A stretch of 64,000 nucleotides of DNA from an uncultured Actinomycetes bacterium (GCA_963775795.1 CAVZKC010000004.1:722613-786612), one strand, 5' to 3'; shown: positions 31,363-47,539, numbered from the stretch's first letter. Notes: generated from the sequence alone by a model not told the origin. Program-made: numbers and translations.

Positions 31363-31734
31363 CTACCCTTCCCGCTTCGCGCCGTAGCGGGAGCGCGCCT
31401 GGCGGCGGTTCTGCACGCCACTGGCGTCGAGGGCACCGCGCACGATCTTGTAGCGGACACCCGGAAGGTCCTTCACCCGGCCGCCGCGCACGAGCACGAT
31501 CGAGTGCTCCTGGAGGTTGTGACCGATGCCCGGGATGTAGGCGGTGACCTCGATGCCCGACGTCAGGCGGACCCGGGCGACCTTGCGCAGCGCCGAGTTC
31601 GGCTTCTTCGGCGTGTGCGTGAAGACGCGGGTGCACACCCCACGACGCTGAGGGGAGCCCTTCAGCGCGGGCGTCTTCGACTTCTCCGGCTTGGTCTCCC
31701 GTCCTTTGCGGACGAGCTGCTGGATGGTGGGCAC
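31363..31734 (-). CDS. rpsL: 30S ribosomal protein uS12
   Basis: Track ORF of 123 aa. GTG 31734 has AGGAG upstream. [12 protein letters not shown] and [19 protein letters not shown] are present. Confidence 0.97.
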   Translation of the reverse strand: MPTIQQLVRKGRETKPEKSKTPALKGSPQRRGVCTRVFTHTPKKPNSALRKVARVRLTSGIEVTAYIPGIGHNLQEHSIVLVRGGRVKDLPGVRYKIVRGALDASGVQNRRQARSRYGAKREG

Positions 31735-31943
31735 GGGTCTCCTACGCGCGTCGAGATCGACAGGAATTTGCTCGGTGGACGGACTGACGATCGCCTGCGC
31801 CGAACGCCTCCGAGGGCGTGCGCAGGCCGACCATCAAGGATAGCGGCTGGTCCGGGACCGGGGGCAAGCCGGTCGAGGCGCCTTCACCGGTTCTCTGGGA
31901 TTCAGACGTCGAATACCGTCGCAAAAATCCCATTGAACCCGCA

Positions 31944-35981
<4,038 letters not shown>

Positions 35982-36059
35982 TGGGTCCCTCGCCTCCTGC
36001 ATTCCTCTGTGTTCTTCGTCGTCGTTCTCGGGCGCGCGGTGCGCGGGCCGGGGCGCAGC

Positions 36060-39539
<3,480 letters not shown>

Positions 39540-39662
39540 TCCTTGCTGAAGGCGCGCGCGGACAGGATCAGGAAGATCAGCGAGGGCACGGCCGGGCAGA
39601 CACGACTCGTCGGATCATATCGCGCCCGACGCCGTACCTGCAAGGAGGCGCCACGGAACAGA

Positions 39663-39714
39663 ACCCCGAGGGGCCCGTCGACCCGCGGAGGATACGACGA
39701 CTCACCCTCGGGGT
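39663..39714 (-). terminator. candidate attenuator/terminator hairpin between rplL and rpoB
   Basis: A 10-bp stem, ACCCCGAGGG (39663-39672) pairing with CCCTCGGGGT (39705-39714). On the minus strand it begins 20 nt after the rplL stop and is followed by UUCUGUUCC. The loop is long (32 nt) and may be sub-structured. Confidence 0.3.
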
Positions 39715-39733
39715 CAAGGCATTCGCGGCCCGT

Positions 39734-40126
39734 TTACTTGAGCTCGACGGTGGCGCCGGCTTCCTCGAGCTGGGCTTTCGCCTTGTCCGCATCCTCCTTG
39801 GCGACCTTCTCGAGGACCGGCTTCGGCGCGTTGTCGACGAGGTCCTTCGCCTCCTTCAGGCCGAGGCCGGGCACGAGCGCGCGCACCTCTTTGATGACCT
39901 GGATCTTCTTGTCGCCCGCCGCGGTGAGCACGACGTCGAACTCGTCCTTCTCTTCCGCGCCGGCGGCCGCGGCCTCGCCGCCGCCCGCCGCGGGAGCTGC
40001 CGCGACTGCGACCGGCGCGGCGGCCGTCACGCCGAACTCCTCTTCGAACGCCTTGAGGAAGTCGTTGAGCTCGAGCACGGTCATGTTCTTGAAGTGGTCG
40101 AGCAGCTCTTCGGTGGTGATCGCCAT
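39734..40126 (-). CDS. rplL: 50S ribosomal protein bL12 (L7/L12)
   Basis: ATG 40126 lies inside track ORF 39734..40828, with AGGAGAG 9 nt upstream. [33 protein letters not shown] and [25 protein letters not shown] are present. Confidence 0.96.
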   Translation of the reverse strand: MAITTEELLDHFKNMTVLELNDFLKAFEEEFGVTAAAPVAVAAAPAAGGGEAAAAGAEEKDEFDVVLTAAGDKKIQVIKEVRALVPGLGLKEAKDLVDNAPKPVLEKVAKEDADKAKAQLEEAGATVELK

Positions 40127-40142
40127 GTTCTTCTCTCTCCTG

Positions 40143-40828
40143 TTACTCGGACTCGGACTCGGACTCGGATTCGGACTCGGATTCGGGGGTGGCTTCCGCC
40201 TCGGGGGCGGGCTCGGCCTCGGCGGCAGGTCGGGCTCGGCCTCGGCGGTGGGCTCGGCTCCAGCCGCGGGCTCGGCAGGTGCGGCAGCCTCGCCGCTCGC
40301 GACTCGCTGGTCGATCAGCGCCTGCACGCCGTAGGCGAGGTTGCGCGTGAACGCTTGGAACAGTCCCGCCGCCTTCGTGAGCGGCGCCTGGAAGGTGCCC
40401 GCGATCTGCGCGAGCAGCACGTCGCGCGGCGCCACGTCCGCCAGCGTGTCCAGCTCAGCTGCGGTGAGGACCCGCGACCCGAGGAGGCCCGCCTTGAGGA
40501 CGAGCGCAGGATTGCTCTTGCCAAAGTCCCGCAGCGCCTTCGCGGCCGGCACGGCGTCACCCCGCACGAAGGCGAGCGCCACCGGGCCCTCGAACATGCC
40601 GTCGAGACCCTCGACCCCGGCCTCGTCGATCGCCCGGCGCGCCAGCGTGTTCTTGAACACCTTGTACTCGGTACCGGTCGGGCGCAGGCTGGCGCGCAGC
40701 GCGGCCAACTCGGAAACCGTGAGGCCCCGATACTCGGTGAGCACGGTCGCGTCGGACTCCGCCAACTTGGCCCGGATCTCCTCGACGACCGCGACCTTGC
40801 CCGGTCTCGCGGCAGTTTCTCTTGCCAT
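40143..40828 (-). CDS. rplJ: 50S ribosomal protein uL10, with core and acidic (Ser-Glu)n tail in different frames as assembled
   Basis: ATG 40828. Core: [39 protein letters not shown]...[10 protein letters not shown]. The tail [28 protein letters not shown] lies in the -1 frame. It ends at TAA 40145-40143, followed by CAGGAGAGAGAAGAAC and the rplL ATG. Confidence 0.85.
40146..40187 (-). repeat. imperfect hexanucleotide microsatellite (CTCGGA)7, equal to (TCCGAG)n on the coding strand
   Basis: Units are ctcgga x4, ttcgga, ctcgga, ttcggg. It starts directly after the rplJ tail-frame stop codon and encodes (Ser-Glu)n in that frame. Confidence 0.92.
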
Positions 40829-40854
40829 CGGTCAAACGCTCCAGGAACGAGAAC

Positions 40855-40884
40855 GGGACGTCGCCGCAGACCGCGGGACGTCCC
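40855..40884 (-). promoter_or_regulatory. stable hairpin in the 182-nt rplJ 5' leader (possible L10-leader element)
   Basis: GGGACGUC-CCGC-GGUCU-GCGG-C-GACGUCCC: 8 + 4 bp with one bulge, 27-56 nt upstream of the rplJ ATG. The long leader (40829-41010) is where L10(L12)4 autoregulatory leaders lie in other bacteria. I cannot confirm the covariance model by eye. Confidence 0.3.
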
Positions 40885-41010
40885 TCAGAGCGGGCGCCTC
40901 ACCCGGCGGGCCCCGTCGGAACGACGGCTTCCATTACCTCGAAGAGACCGGGGGTCTTCGGCAGATTCAGTTGTGAAGGTGGAGGCTAGTACAGCGACCT
41001 CTGGCTGACC

Positions 41011-41718
41011 TCAGTGACCTTCCGCGTCGGCATGGGTCACGGTCGGGTCGATGCGCACGCCGGGGCCCATCGTCGACGACGCCGACGCGGACTTCAGGTA
41101 GCGGCCCTTGGCCGAGGCGGGCTTCGCCCGCATCAGCTCGTCGAGCACGGCCTGATAATTGGCAAGCAACTCCGGAGCGTCGAAGCTGGCCTTCCCGATG
41201 GGCACGTGGATGTTGCCGTAGCGATCCGTGCGGTACTCCACCTTCCCGGCCTTGAACTCCGCGACCGTCTTGCCCACGTCGTTGGTCACCGTGCCGGTCT
41301 TGGGGTTGGGCATGAGTCCCCGGGGCCCGAGCGTTCGACCGAGCTTGCCCACCTGGCCCATGAGGTCGGGCGTCGCGATCGCCACGTCGAAGTCGAGAAA
41401 CCCTCCTTCGACGCGCGCAACCAGGTCGTCCGCGCCGACCACGTCGGCGCCGGCGTCTTGGGCCTCGCGAGCCGCATCCCCCGTGGCGAACACCGCCACG
41501 CGCACGCTCTTGCCGGTTCCGTGCGGGAGCGACACCGTGCCGCGGATCATCTGGTCGGCCTTGCGGGGGTCGACCCCGAGCCGGAACGCAGCCTCGACGG
41601 TCTCGTCGAACTTGCGTGTCGCGAGCGACTTCACCAGCTCGAGCGCTTCCGTCGGGGTGTGGAGCTGCTCTCGGTCGAAGCGCTTCAGCGCGTCGTCGTA
41701 CTTCTTGCCGTGCACCAT
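41011..41718 (-). CDS. rplA: 50S ribosomal protein uL1
   Basis: ATG 41718 lies inside track ORF 41011..41973. [35 protein letters not shown] and [15 protein letters not shown] are present. Confidence 0.96.
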   Translation of the reverse strand: MVHGKKYDDALKRFDREQLHTPTEALELVKSLATRKFDETVEAAFRLGVDPRKADQMIRGTVSLPHGTGKSVRVAVFATGDAAREAQDAGADVVGADDLVARVEGGFLDFDVAIATPDLMGQVGKLGRTLGPRGLMPNPKTGTVTNDVGKTVAEFKAGKVEYRTDRYGNIHVPIGKASFDAPELLANYQAVLDELMRAKPASAKGRYLKSASASSTMGPGVRIDPTVTHADAEGH

Positions 41719-41809
41719 GACGTCCTCCCAGCCCAAAGCGGCGGTGACTCCCTCGGGAACACCTGATCCGGCGGCGAGGTCCTCCGCCGGGGTGTCGAAC
41801 TGCACGTAC

Positions 41810-42238
41810 TCAGTCGGTGACCTGGATCCCCATCGACCGGGCGGTGCCGACCACCTGCGCGACGGCACCGTCGAGGTCGATCGCGTTGAGGTCGGGCATC
41901 TTGGTCTGTGCGATCTCCCGCACCTGCGAGAGGGTGACGCTCCCGGCCACGTCGGTCCGGACGTTCTGAGCACCCTTCTCGATCCCCGCGGCCTGCCGGA
42001 GCAGGAACGGCGTGGGCGGTGTCTTCGTCACGAACGTGAACGAGCGGTCCTCGAAGATCGAGATCTCGGCCGGGATCACCAGCCCGCGCTGGTTCTCGGT
42101 GGCCGAGTTATAGGCCTTGCAGAAGTCCATGATGTTGATCCCGTGCGGACCGAGGGCGGTGCCCACCGGCGGTGCCGGGGTCGCCTGCCCGGCCGGGATC
42201 TGGATCTTCACGATCGCGGCGAGCTTCTTCTTCGCCAT
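41810..42238 (-). CDS. rplK: 50S ribosomal protein uL11
   Basis: ATG 42238 lies inside track ORF 41810..42304. [36 protein letters not shown] is present. Confidence 0.96.
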   Translation of the reverse strand: MAKKKLAAIVKIQIPAGQATPAPPVGTALGPHGINIMDFCKAYNSATENQRGLVIPAEISIFEDRSFTFVTKTPPTPFLLRQAAGIEKGAQNVRTDVAGSVTLSQVREIAQTKMPDLNAIDLDGAVAQVVGTARSMGIQVTD

Positions 42239-42377
42239 CTCTTTGCACTCGCTCTCTGCGAGCCGGGATACCCGGCTCGCGGTCGTTCGCTCGTTGGCGA
42301 GCAACTCGCCCGGCTTCGCCGGGCTCGTCGCCGCTCGCGTACGCCTCGTGGTTACTTCACCGTTGCTTGCGGACCTT

Positions 42378-43127
42378 CTACAGCTTTGCTACTTGGCCGA
42401 GCTCGAGCTCGACGGGGGTCTCACGGCCGAAGATGTTGACGAGCACCGTGAGTTTCGATCGGGCAACGTCGATGTCGGAGATCACCCCGTTGAAGTCGGC
42501 GAACGGCCCCGTCGTCACGCGCACCTGCTCGGCCACGTCGAACTCGAGGCGAGGGCGCGCCTTCTTCTCGGGGCGCTCCTCCTCTTTCCCACCGCTGCCG
42601 AGGACATCTTCGACCTCGCGCCGAGACAACGGGGTCGGACGAGCGCCGTTGCCGACGAAGCCGGTCACGCCCGGGGTGTTGCGCACGACGTACCAGGAGT
42701 CGTCGTCGAGGTCCATGCGCACGTACAGGTAGCCGGGGAACAGCTTCTTCTGCACCACGACCTTGCGGCCGCCCTTGAACTCGATGACGTCTTCCATCGG
42801 GATGATCACGTCGAAGATGCGCTCCTCGACGTTCATCGACCGGACGCGGCTGGCGAGGTTCTGCTTCACCTTGTTCTCGTAGCCCGCGTACGTGTGCACG
42901 ACGTACCACGCACCCGACTGGTCGAACGGGCTGGGCTCGCGCGGGGTGTCGTCGGCCTCCTCGACGATGTCGAGCAGCTCGGCGTCCGCCAGGCTGGGCT
43001 CGACGACGACCTCCTCCAACACGGCCTCGACCTCACCGTCGGCCTCGAACACGGCGTCCTCCTCGACGACCTCGGTCGACTCGATCTCGAGTTCGGGCTC
43101 ACTGTCAGAAGGGTTCAAGTCGTCCAT
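42378..43127 (-). CDS. nusG: transcription termination/antitermination factor NusG (acidic N-terminal extension)
   Basis: Track ORF of 249 aa. The NGN domain starts at [20 protein letters not shown]. The KOW region is [18 protein letters not shown]. Confidence 0.95.
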   Translation of the reverse strand: MDDLNPSDSEPELEIESTEVVEEDAVFEADGEVEAVLEEVVVEPSLADAELLDIVEEADDTPREPSPFDQSGAWYVVHTYAGYENKVKQNLASRVRSMNVEERIFDVIIPMEDVIEFKGGRKVVVQKKLFPGYLYVRMDLDDDSWYVVRNTPGVTGFVGNGARPTPLSRREVEDVLGSGGKEEERPEKKARPRLEFDVAEQVRVTTGPFADFNGVISDIDVARSKLTVLVNIFGRETPVELELGQVAKL

Positions 43128-43134
43128 GGTCGGT

Positions 43135-43419
43135 TCAGTCGAAGAGGAAGAGCACGAAGTTGGAGAACGCGTAGTCGAGGAGGAAGATCAGGGTCGTCAT
43201 CACGACCACCGCGAGGAGCACGACGATCGTCGAGTTGACGACTTCCTTATTGGTCGGCCAGGCGACTTTGCGCAGCTCCCCCCGTACCTCGGACAAGTAC
43301 CCGCGCGGACCGACCTTCTCCCGCGTGGGCGCCGCGGGCGCGGGCCGGCGCTCGGGCGCGCGGGGCTTGTCGGTGCCCTGCCGCGCCATCATGCGCTTCG
43401 TCTGTCGGTTCATGCTCAC
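43135..43419 (-). CDS. secE: preprotein translocase subunit SecE
   Basis: Track ORF of 94 aa with EVRGELRKVAWPTNKEV followed by a single TM helix. It lies between tRNA-Trp and nusG. Confidence 0.9.
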   Translation of the reverse strand: MSMNRQTKRMMARQGTDKPRAPERRPAPAAPTREKVGPRGYLSEVRGELRKVAWPTNKEVVNSTIVVLLAVVVMTTLIFLLDYAFSNFVLFLFD

Positions 43420-43468
43420 GGCGACTGCCTCGTCGAGCTGGGCGTCAGGTCACACGAGTCCTGGGCTG

Positions 43469-43541
43469 CAGGGCAGGAGGGACTCGAACCCCCAACCGCC
43501 GGTTTTGGAGACCGGTGCTCTACCAATTGAGCTACTGCCCT
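43469..43541 (-). tRNA. tRNA-Trp (anticodon CCA)
   Basis: The reverse complement is AGGGCAGTAGCTCAATTGGTAGAGCACCGGTCTCCAAAACCGGCGGTTGGGGGTTCGAGTCCCTCCTGCCCTG. It folds as a cloverleaf with a 7-bp acceptor and a GTTCGAGTC T-loop. CCA is not encoded. Confidence 0.95.
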
Positions 43542-43687
43542 CCGGCGCGGTGGGTCCGGACTCGTGAGGATAGCAGTGGGCCCCGATTCGTTCCGAAGGC
43601 CGGTTTCCCGCACGGAGGGCGCCGCGGGTCCCGGCTCACTACTTGGTACCGTGCCCGCGCCCGTCCGTCCGCGCTCGAGGGACACCC

Positions 43688-45055
43688 GTGGCCGATCTTG
43701 ACGCCGAATCGGCGATCCCCGAGTTCAACCGCCCCGTCCTGTTCCGCGGGCTGAGCCTGTCGGCGGTCGCGTACCCGCTCAACACCGGCCTGTTGTTCCT
43801 CGGCCAGGTGCTCGCGGCCCGTCTCCTCACCCAGGGCGACTTCGGGGCGTACTCGCTCGCGTTCAGCATCATCACGATCGCGGCGCTCGTCGCCCAGCTC
43901 GGCCTCCCGCAGTCGCTGCTCCGCCGGGCCTCTGCCGCCCTCACCCGGGGCGACCGCACCGAGGCCCGCCACGAGATCGTCACGGCATTGCTCGTCGGGA
44001 CGGGCGCCGCGATCGTGTGCGGGCTGCTGATCGCCTCGCCCCTCGGGGAGATGGTCCTGCGCGAGACCTTCCCGCGCACCGCCGTGGCCACCGTCGCCGG
44101 ACTCGTCGGTGTGCGCTCCGCGTTGAAGGTGCTCGAGAGCATCTTGCCCGAGACGCTGCGAGCCTTCCGCGACTTCGTCCGCGTCGTGCTCTTCGACGGC
44201 CTGCTCATGAACTTCCTCCTGGTGCTCGCCCTCGCGGTCGCCGCGGTCATGGCCGACCGCATCTCGCTCGAGGAGATCATGGTGATCGCGGCCGCGGTCT
44301 CGGCGGTCGTCCTCGTGCCCGGGCTGGGGGCGATCGCGGCCAAGCTCCGGGGCACGCACGGAGAGGGACCCATCCGCTCCCTGCGTCGGAATCCGGTGGA
44401 GCTCGCCATGTGGCTCTCCACGATCGGCCGCGTGCTGGTGGCACAGCTCGACCTGTTGGTGGTCGGCGCGCTCGCCACCGGCCGCGAGGTCGCGCTCTAC
44501 GCCGTCCCGTTCCGGCTCGCGTTGCTCGTCGGGCTGCCACTCCTCATCGTCAACCAGGTGTTGATGCCCCTCATCGCGGGTTGGTTCGCTATGGGTGACA
44601 AGCAGCGCCTCGAGCGCACGGCTCGCTCGACGGCAGGTCTCGCGCTCCTCGGTGCGATCGTCATCGGGGTCGGCTGCATGGTGCTGGGCCGACCGCTGAT
44701 CTCGATCGCGTTCGGCAGCGAGTACGCGTCGGCATGGCCCGTGCTCGCCATCCTCGCGGGGGGACAGATCCTCCAGACCTGGGCGGGGTCGTGCGGGGTG
44801 GCGTTGATGATGACCGGCCACCAGCGCGTCTACGCACAGATCCTCTTCGTCAGCGTCGCTATCACCCTCGGGCTCCAGGTCGCGGGCTACGAGCTGTGGG
44901 GCCTCAACGGAGTCGCGCTCGCGACCGCCGGTTCACTCGCCGCGCAGAACTTCATCCAGCTGTTCGTGCTGGAACGCGTCGCGGGGTTCTCGACCCTCGC
45001 CGACGTGCGAGCGGCGCTCCAACGGAGCGCGCTCCGCCTCCGCCGCGTCCACTGA
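43688..45055 (+). CDS. polysaccharide/oligosaccharide flippase (MOP/Wzx-like) membrane protein
   Basis: Track ORF 43643..45055. The start is TTG 43643 or GTG 43688. It is multi-pass hydrophobic throughout (about 12-14 TM), with the pattern of polysaccharide-biosynthesis (Wzx/MurJ-like) exporters. The call rests on topology and general sequence resemblance only. Confidence 0.65.
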   Translation: MADLDAESAIPEFNRPVLFRGLSLSAVAYPLNTGLLFLGQVLAARLLTQGDFGAYSLAFSIITIAALVAQLGLPQSLLRRASAALTRGDRTEARHEIVTALLVGTGAAIVCGLLIASPLGEMVLRETFPRTAVATVAGLVGVRSALKVLESILPETLRAFRDFVRVVLFDGLLMNFLLVLALAVAAVMADRISLEEIMVIAAAVSAVVLVPGLGAIAAKLRGTHGEGPIRSLRRNPVELAMWLSTIGRVLVAQLDLLVVGALATGREVALYAVPFRLALLVGLPLLIVNQVLMPLIAGWFAMGDKQRLERTARSTAGLALLGAIVIGVGCMVLGRPLISIAFGSEYASAWPVLAILAGGQILQTWAGSCGVALMMTGHQRVYAQILFVSVAITLGLQVAGYELWGLNGVALATAGSLAAQNFIQLFVLERVAGFSTLADVRAALQRSALRLRRVH

Positions 45056-45058
45056 GGC

Positions 45059-45886
45059 TCACGTCCACCGCCACGAGCGGCCGACCAGCTCGAACAGCCG
45101 CTCGTTGTGCGGGCGGAAGTACGCCGCCAGCCGATCCACCACCACGGCCGGGGGCGCGCCGTACCGGCCGACGTTGCGATCGGCGACCCCCGCCGGCACG
45201 GGACCGTCCAGCCCCAGGAATCCGAGCGCCCGCTCCGCGCCCCCGCCGGACGCGAGGTCCGTGGACTCGAGCACGAGGAGCTGCTCGGGGGGGAACCTCC
45301 GGTACCAGCGCTCGAGCTGCTCCGCATACCTGCCACGCGCGAGGTATCCCCGGAGACGGGCCGGGCAGTCCTCCCGGTCGAACCACGCCGCGGCGTCGAC
45401 GAGCGGGTCCTCCGCGTCGGGGTGGAGGGCGTCCTCGATCGGGCGGTGCTCGTCACCGAACCGCACCGCGTGGTGATACCCCGAGACGGCCCGTTGCACG
45501 GGGTCTCGCACCACCACGATCAGCCGCGCGTCCGGGATCACCGCCGCCAGGCGCTCGGGTGCAGCGGGATGCAGCAGGTAGAAGGGCGTCGCCTCCCCCG
45601 TGATGGTCGGCGCCCCCACCCGCCGCTGGACCGCCCGGTGGTGCGCTTCGGTCGGAAAGCACGCCCGGTACCACGACACGCTCCGCGCGCGTCGGTCGAA
45701 GTAGTGGATCTCCTTGCGAACGCCCCCGAGCACGCGGGGGTGCTCGACCAGCTGCGCGAACAATGACGACGTCCCCGCCTTCTGCGCTCCGAGCACGACG
45801 AACGACGGGAGGCGGCGTGTCACGGGCGCGGCACGGCGCAGCGCGATCGCCGCGTCCTTCCCGAGCGCCCGGAGCCGACCCGTCAC
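45059..45886 (-). CDS. PAPS-dependent sulfotransferase-family protein
   Basis: Last 275 codons of track ORF 45059..46282. GTG 45886 overlaps the upstream stop (GTGA). 5'-PSB-like loop SFVVLGAQKAGTSSL and 3'-PB-like VVVRDPVQRAVSGY are present. Confidence 0.8.
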   Translation of the reverse strand: MTGRLRALGKDAAIALRRAAPVTRRLPSFVVLGAQKAGTSSLFAQLVEHPRVLGGVRKEIHYFDRRARSVSWYRACFPTEAHHRAVQRRVGAPTITGEATPFYLLHPAAPERLAAVIPDARLIVVVRDPVQRAVSGYHHAVRFGDEHRPIEDALHPDAEDPLVDAAAWFDREDCPARLRGYLARGRYAEQLERWYRRFPPEQLLVLESTDLASGGGAERALGFLGLDGPVPAGVADRNVGRYGAPPAVVVDRLAAYFRPHNERLFELVGRSWRWT

Positions 45887-46356
45887 GATGCGTTCGGCTC
45901 GCCCGCTGCCCCGTCGAGATACGCGCGGCCGCGCGGCGACAGCCGGTAGCCGACTCCCAGGCTGAGCGCGAGCCCGAGGTTCTTCAGCTTGCGCACGTCG
46001 AGCTTGAACGGCGGTGTATCGCGCCCGAAGGACGCGGCGAGATCGGCGGCTCGCACGCCGGGCCGGTCCCGGATCGTCCCGAGCGCGGCCCGGGTCCACG
46101 GACCCGACGACGACGCCCGGTCGAGCCCATCGAGCCGCTTGCTGATCTCGGACCGATCGTCCGCGTAGCCGGCGGCGTGTGCATCGGCGTCCGCGATCGC
46201 GCCGGGATCGTTGCGATCCACCCGGTCGACCTCGAGGTAGCCGGCGCTGGTCCGGTAGCGGCCACCGGCTCGAACCTGGCACCGCTTCCAGCGGCGGAAC
46301 GTCTGCGTGACGTCGCCCCGCGCGATGGGCTCGCGGAACCGGGCGGCGAAGAGCAC
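45883..46356 (-). CDS. ASCH/PUA-like domain protein with a C-terminal winged-helix-like segment (putative)
   Basis: C-terminal part of track ORF 45883..46743. GTG 46356 lies 25 nt after the anti-sigma stop. (M)LFAARFREPIARGDVTQTFRRWKRCQVRAGGRY resembles the ASCH N-terminus. The call is tentative. Confidence 0.5.
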   Translation of the reverse strand: MLFAARFREPIARGDVTQTFRRWKRCQVRAGGRYRTSAGYLEVDRVDRNDPGAIADADAHAAGYADDRSEISKRLDGLDRASSSGPWTRAALGTIRDRPGVRAADLAASFGRDTPPFKLDVRKLKNLGLALSLGVGYRLSPRGRAYLDGAAGEPNAS

Positions 46357-46381
46357 GGGCCGCGGCGTCGCGTGGCTGGGC

Positions 46382-46750
46382 TCAGCCGACGAGGGGAACC
46401 GCGCGGCGCCGGGCGCGGTGGACCAACACCGCCACCGTGGCCGTGCCCGCCGCCACCGCGGCGCCACCGATCGCACTTGCGTACGCGAGCCGACGACCGG
46501 AGACCGCGGAGCGGACCGCCTGGCGCTCGCCCGCTTCTCCGATCGCGGCGAGGGTGGCTGCGAGCAGTCCGGGCGCGGGCTCGAGATAGCGGGTGCGCAT
46601 GAGCTGGAGCCCACGCAGCATGCGCCGGTAGCGGGCGAGCTCGGCCTGGCAGCGCAGGCACGACTCGATGTGGCGCTGCATCGACAGCTCGAGGGCGATC
46701 GACCCGTCGACCGTCTCCGGGAGCACCTTCGCGACATCGTCACACAGCAT
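46382..46750 (-). CDS. anti-sigma factor (zf-HC2 type, one TM helix)
   Basis: Track ORF 46382..46786, with a probable ATG at 46750 overlapping the sigma-gene end by 11 nt. The HxxxCxxC motif is in MQRHIESCLRCQAEL. The C-terminal hydrophobic helix is AIGGAAVAAGTATVAVLV. Confidence 0.7.
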   Translation of the reverse strand: MLCDDVAKVLPETVDGSIALELSMQRHIESCLRCQAELARYRRMLRGLQLMRTRYLEPAPGLLAATLAAIGEAGERQAVRSAVSGRRLAYASAIGGAAVAAGTATVAVLVHRARRRAVPLVG

Positions 46751-47333
46751 GCGCGGACCTCCGCTCGTCCTCGTAGAGCAGGTCACGAAGCTTCTTCCGG
46801 CCTCGATGGAGCCGCACCTTCGCGGCCGCCACCGAGATGCCGAGCTCCTCGGCGATCTCCTCGTGACTGAGCCCGTACACGTCCTTCAGCACAACCAGGA
46901 CCCGCAGCTTCGGTGGCAGCTCGTCGAGCGCGCCTTCGAGCCGTGCGAGCAGCGCAGCCGACTCGGCCGCCTCCTCGGGGCGGGCGTCGATCCGCAGCTC
47001 GGTCGGGTCGGGGATGGTGTCGAGCGACTCGGTCCGCTGCCGCCGCAAGCGCTTCGTCGCGCTGTACGCGGCGTTCGCGGTGATGCGGTACATCCACGTG
47101 GAGAACTGCGCATCGCCGCGAAAGCGGGGCAGCGCGCTCCACGCCCGGAGGTAGGCCTCCTGTACCACGTCTCGTGCGTCCTCCTCGTTGGCCGTGAGTC
47201 GCAACGCGAGCGTGTACGTGTCGACGTACGTTCGGCGCACCAGCTCGTCGAACGCCGACCGGTCGCCGTCGCGAGCAGCGGCGACGAACCGGTCGAGCTC
47301 CGTTGGTTCCCGCGACAATTCGTGGGTCGACAT
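46740..47333 (-). CDS. ECF (group IV) RNA polymerase sigma-70 factor
   Basis: Track ORF of 197 aa. Region 2: FDELVRRTYVDTYTLALRLTANEEDARDVVQEAYLRAW...FSTWMYRITANAA. Region 4: LPPKLRVLVVLKDVYGLSHEEIAEELGISVAAAKVRLHRGRKKL. Confidence 0.92.
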   Translation of the reverse strand: MSTHELSREPTELDRFVAAARDGDRSAFDELVRRTYVDTYTLALRLTANEEDARDVVQEAYLRAWSALPRFRGDAQFSTWMYRITANAAYSATKRLRRQRTESLDTIPDPTELRIDARPEEAAESAALLARLEGALDELPPKLRVLVVLKDVYGLSHEEIAEELGISVAAAKVRLHRGRKKLRDLLYEDERRSAHAV

Positions 47334-47377
47334 CTACGACTCACCCCGTGGTCCGGAGGTTACCGACGGGTAGCTGA

Positions 47378-47539
47378 TCAGCGCGTCTCCTTGTGGAGCG
47401 TGTGCTTGCGGTCGAAGCGGCAGTACTTCTGCATCTCGATCCGCTCACGGTCGTTGGTCTTGTTCTTCATCGTGATGTAGTTGCGGCGCTTGCAGACCTC
47501 GCACGCAAGTGTGACCTTCACTCGCTTGTCGCTTGCCAC
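47378..47539 (-). CDS. rpmG: 50S ribosomal protein bL33
   Basis: Too short for the ORF track. Hand translation from GTG 47539 gives (M)[52 protein letters not shown], with stop at 47380-47378. It is downstream of tRNA-Thr and tRNA-Met, as in other actinobacteria. Confidence 0.9.
   Translation of the reverse strand: MASDKRVKVTLACEVCKRRNYITMKNKTNDRERIEMQKYCRFDRKHTLHKETR

Noticed and set aside
31735-31943. An intrinsic terminator after rpoC (CGCAT-CGTG-ATGCG followed by GGGAUUUUUG) and a str-operon promoter.
   Set aside because: The stem is only about 5 bp and is separated from the U-run. No convincing -35/-10 pair could be fixed by eye.
39734-40828. A 364-aa ORF that would be a natural uL10-bL12 fusion protein.
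   Set aside because: The -1 frame gives an acidic tail in preferred codons, with its own TAA stop and a good Shine-Dalgarno and ATG for rplL. The Pro/Ser/Asn linker in the 0-frame uses rare AGT and AAT codons.
47334-47377. An ECF-type autoregulatory promoter (GGTAAC...N17...GTCGT) directly upstream of the sigma gene, which would imply a near-leaderless transcript.
   Set aside because: The match to GGAAC/CGT consensus elements is partial. The 44-nt spacer also has to accommodate rpmG termination, so the evidence is too weak to report as a feature.
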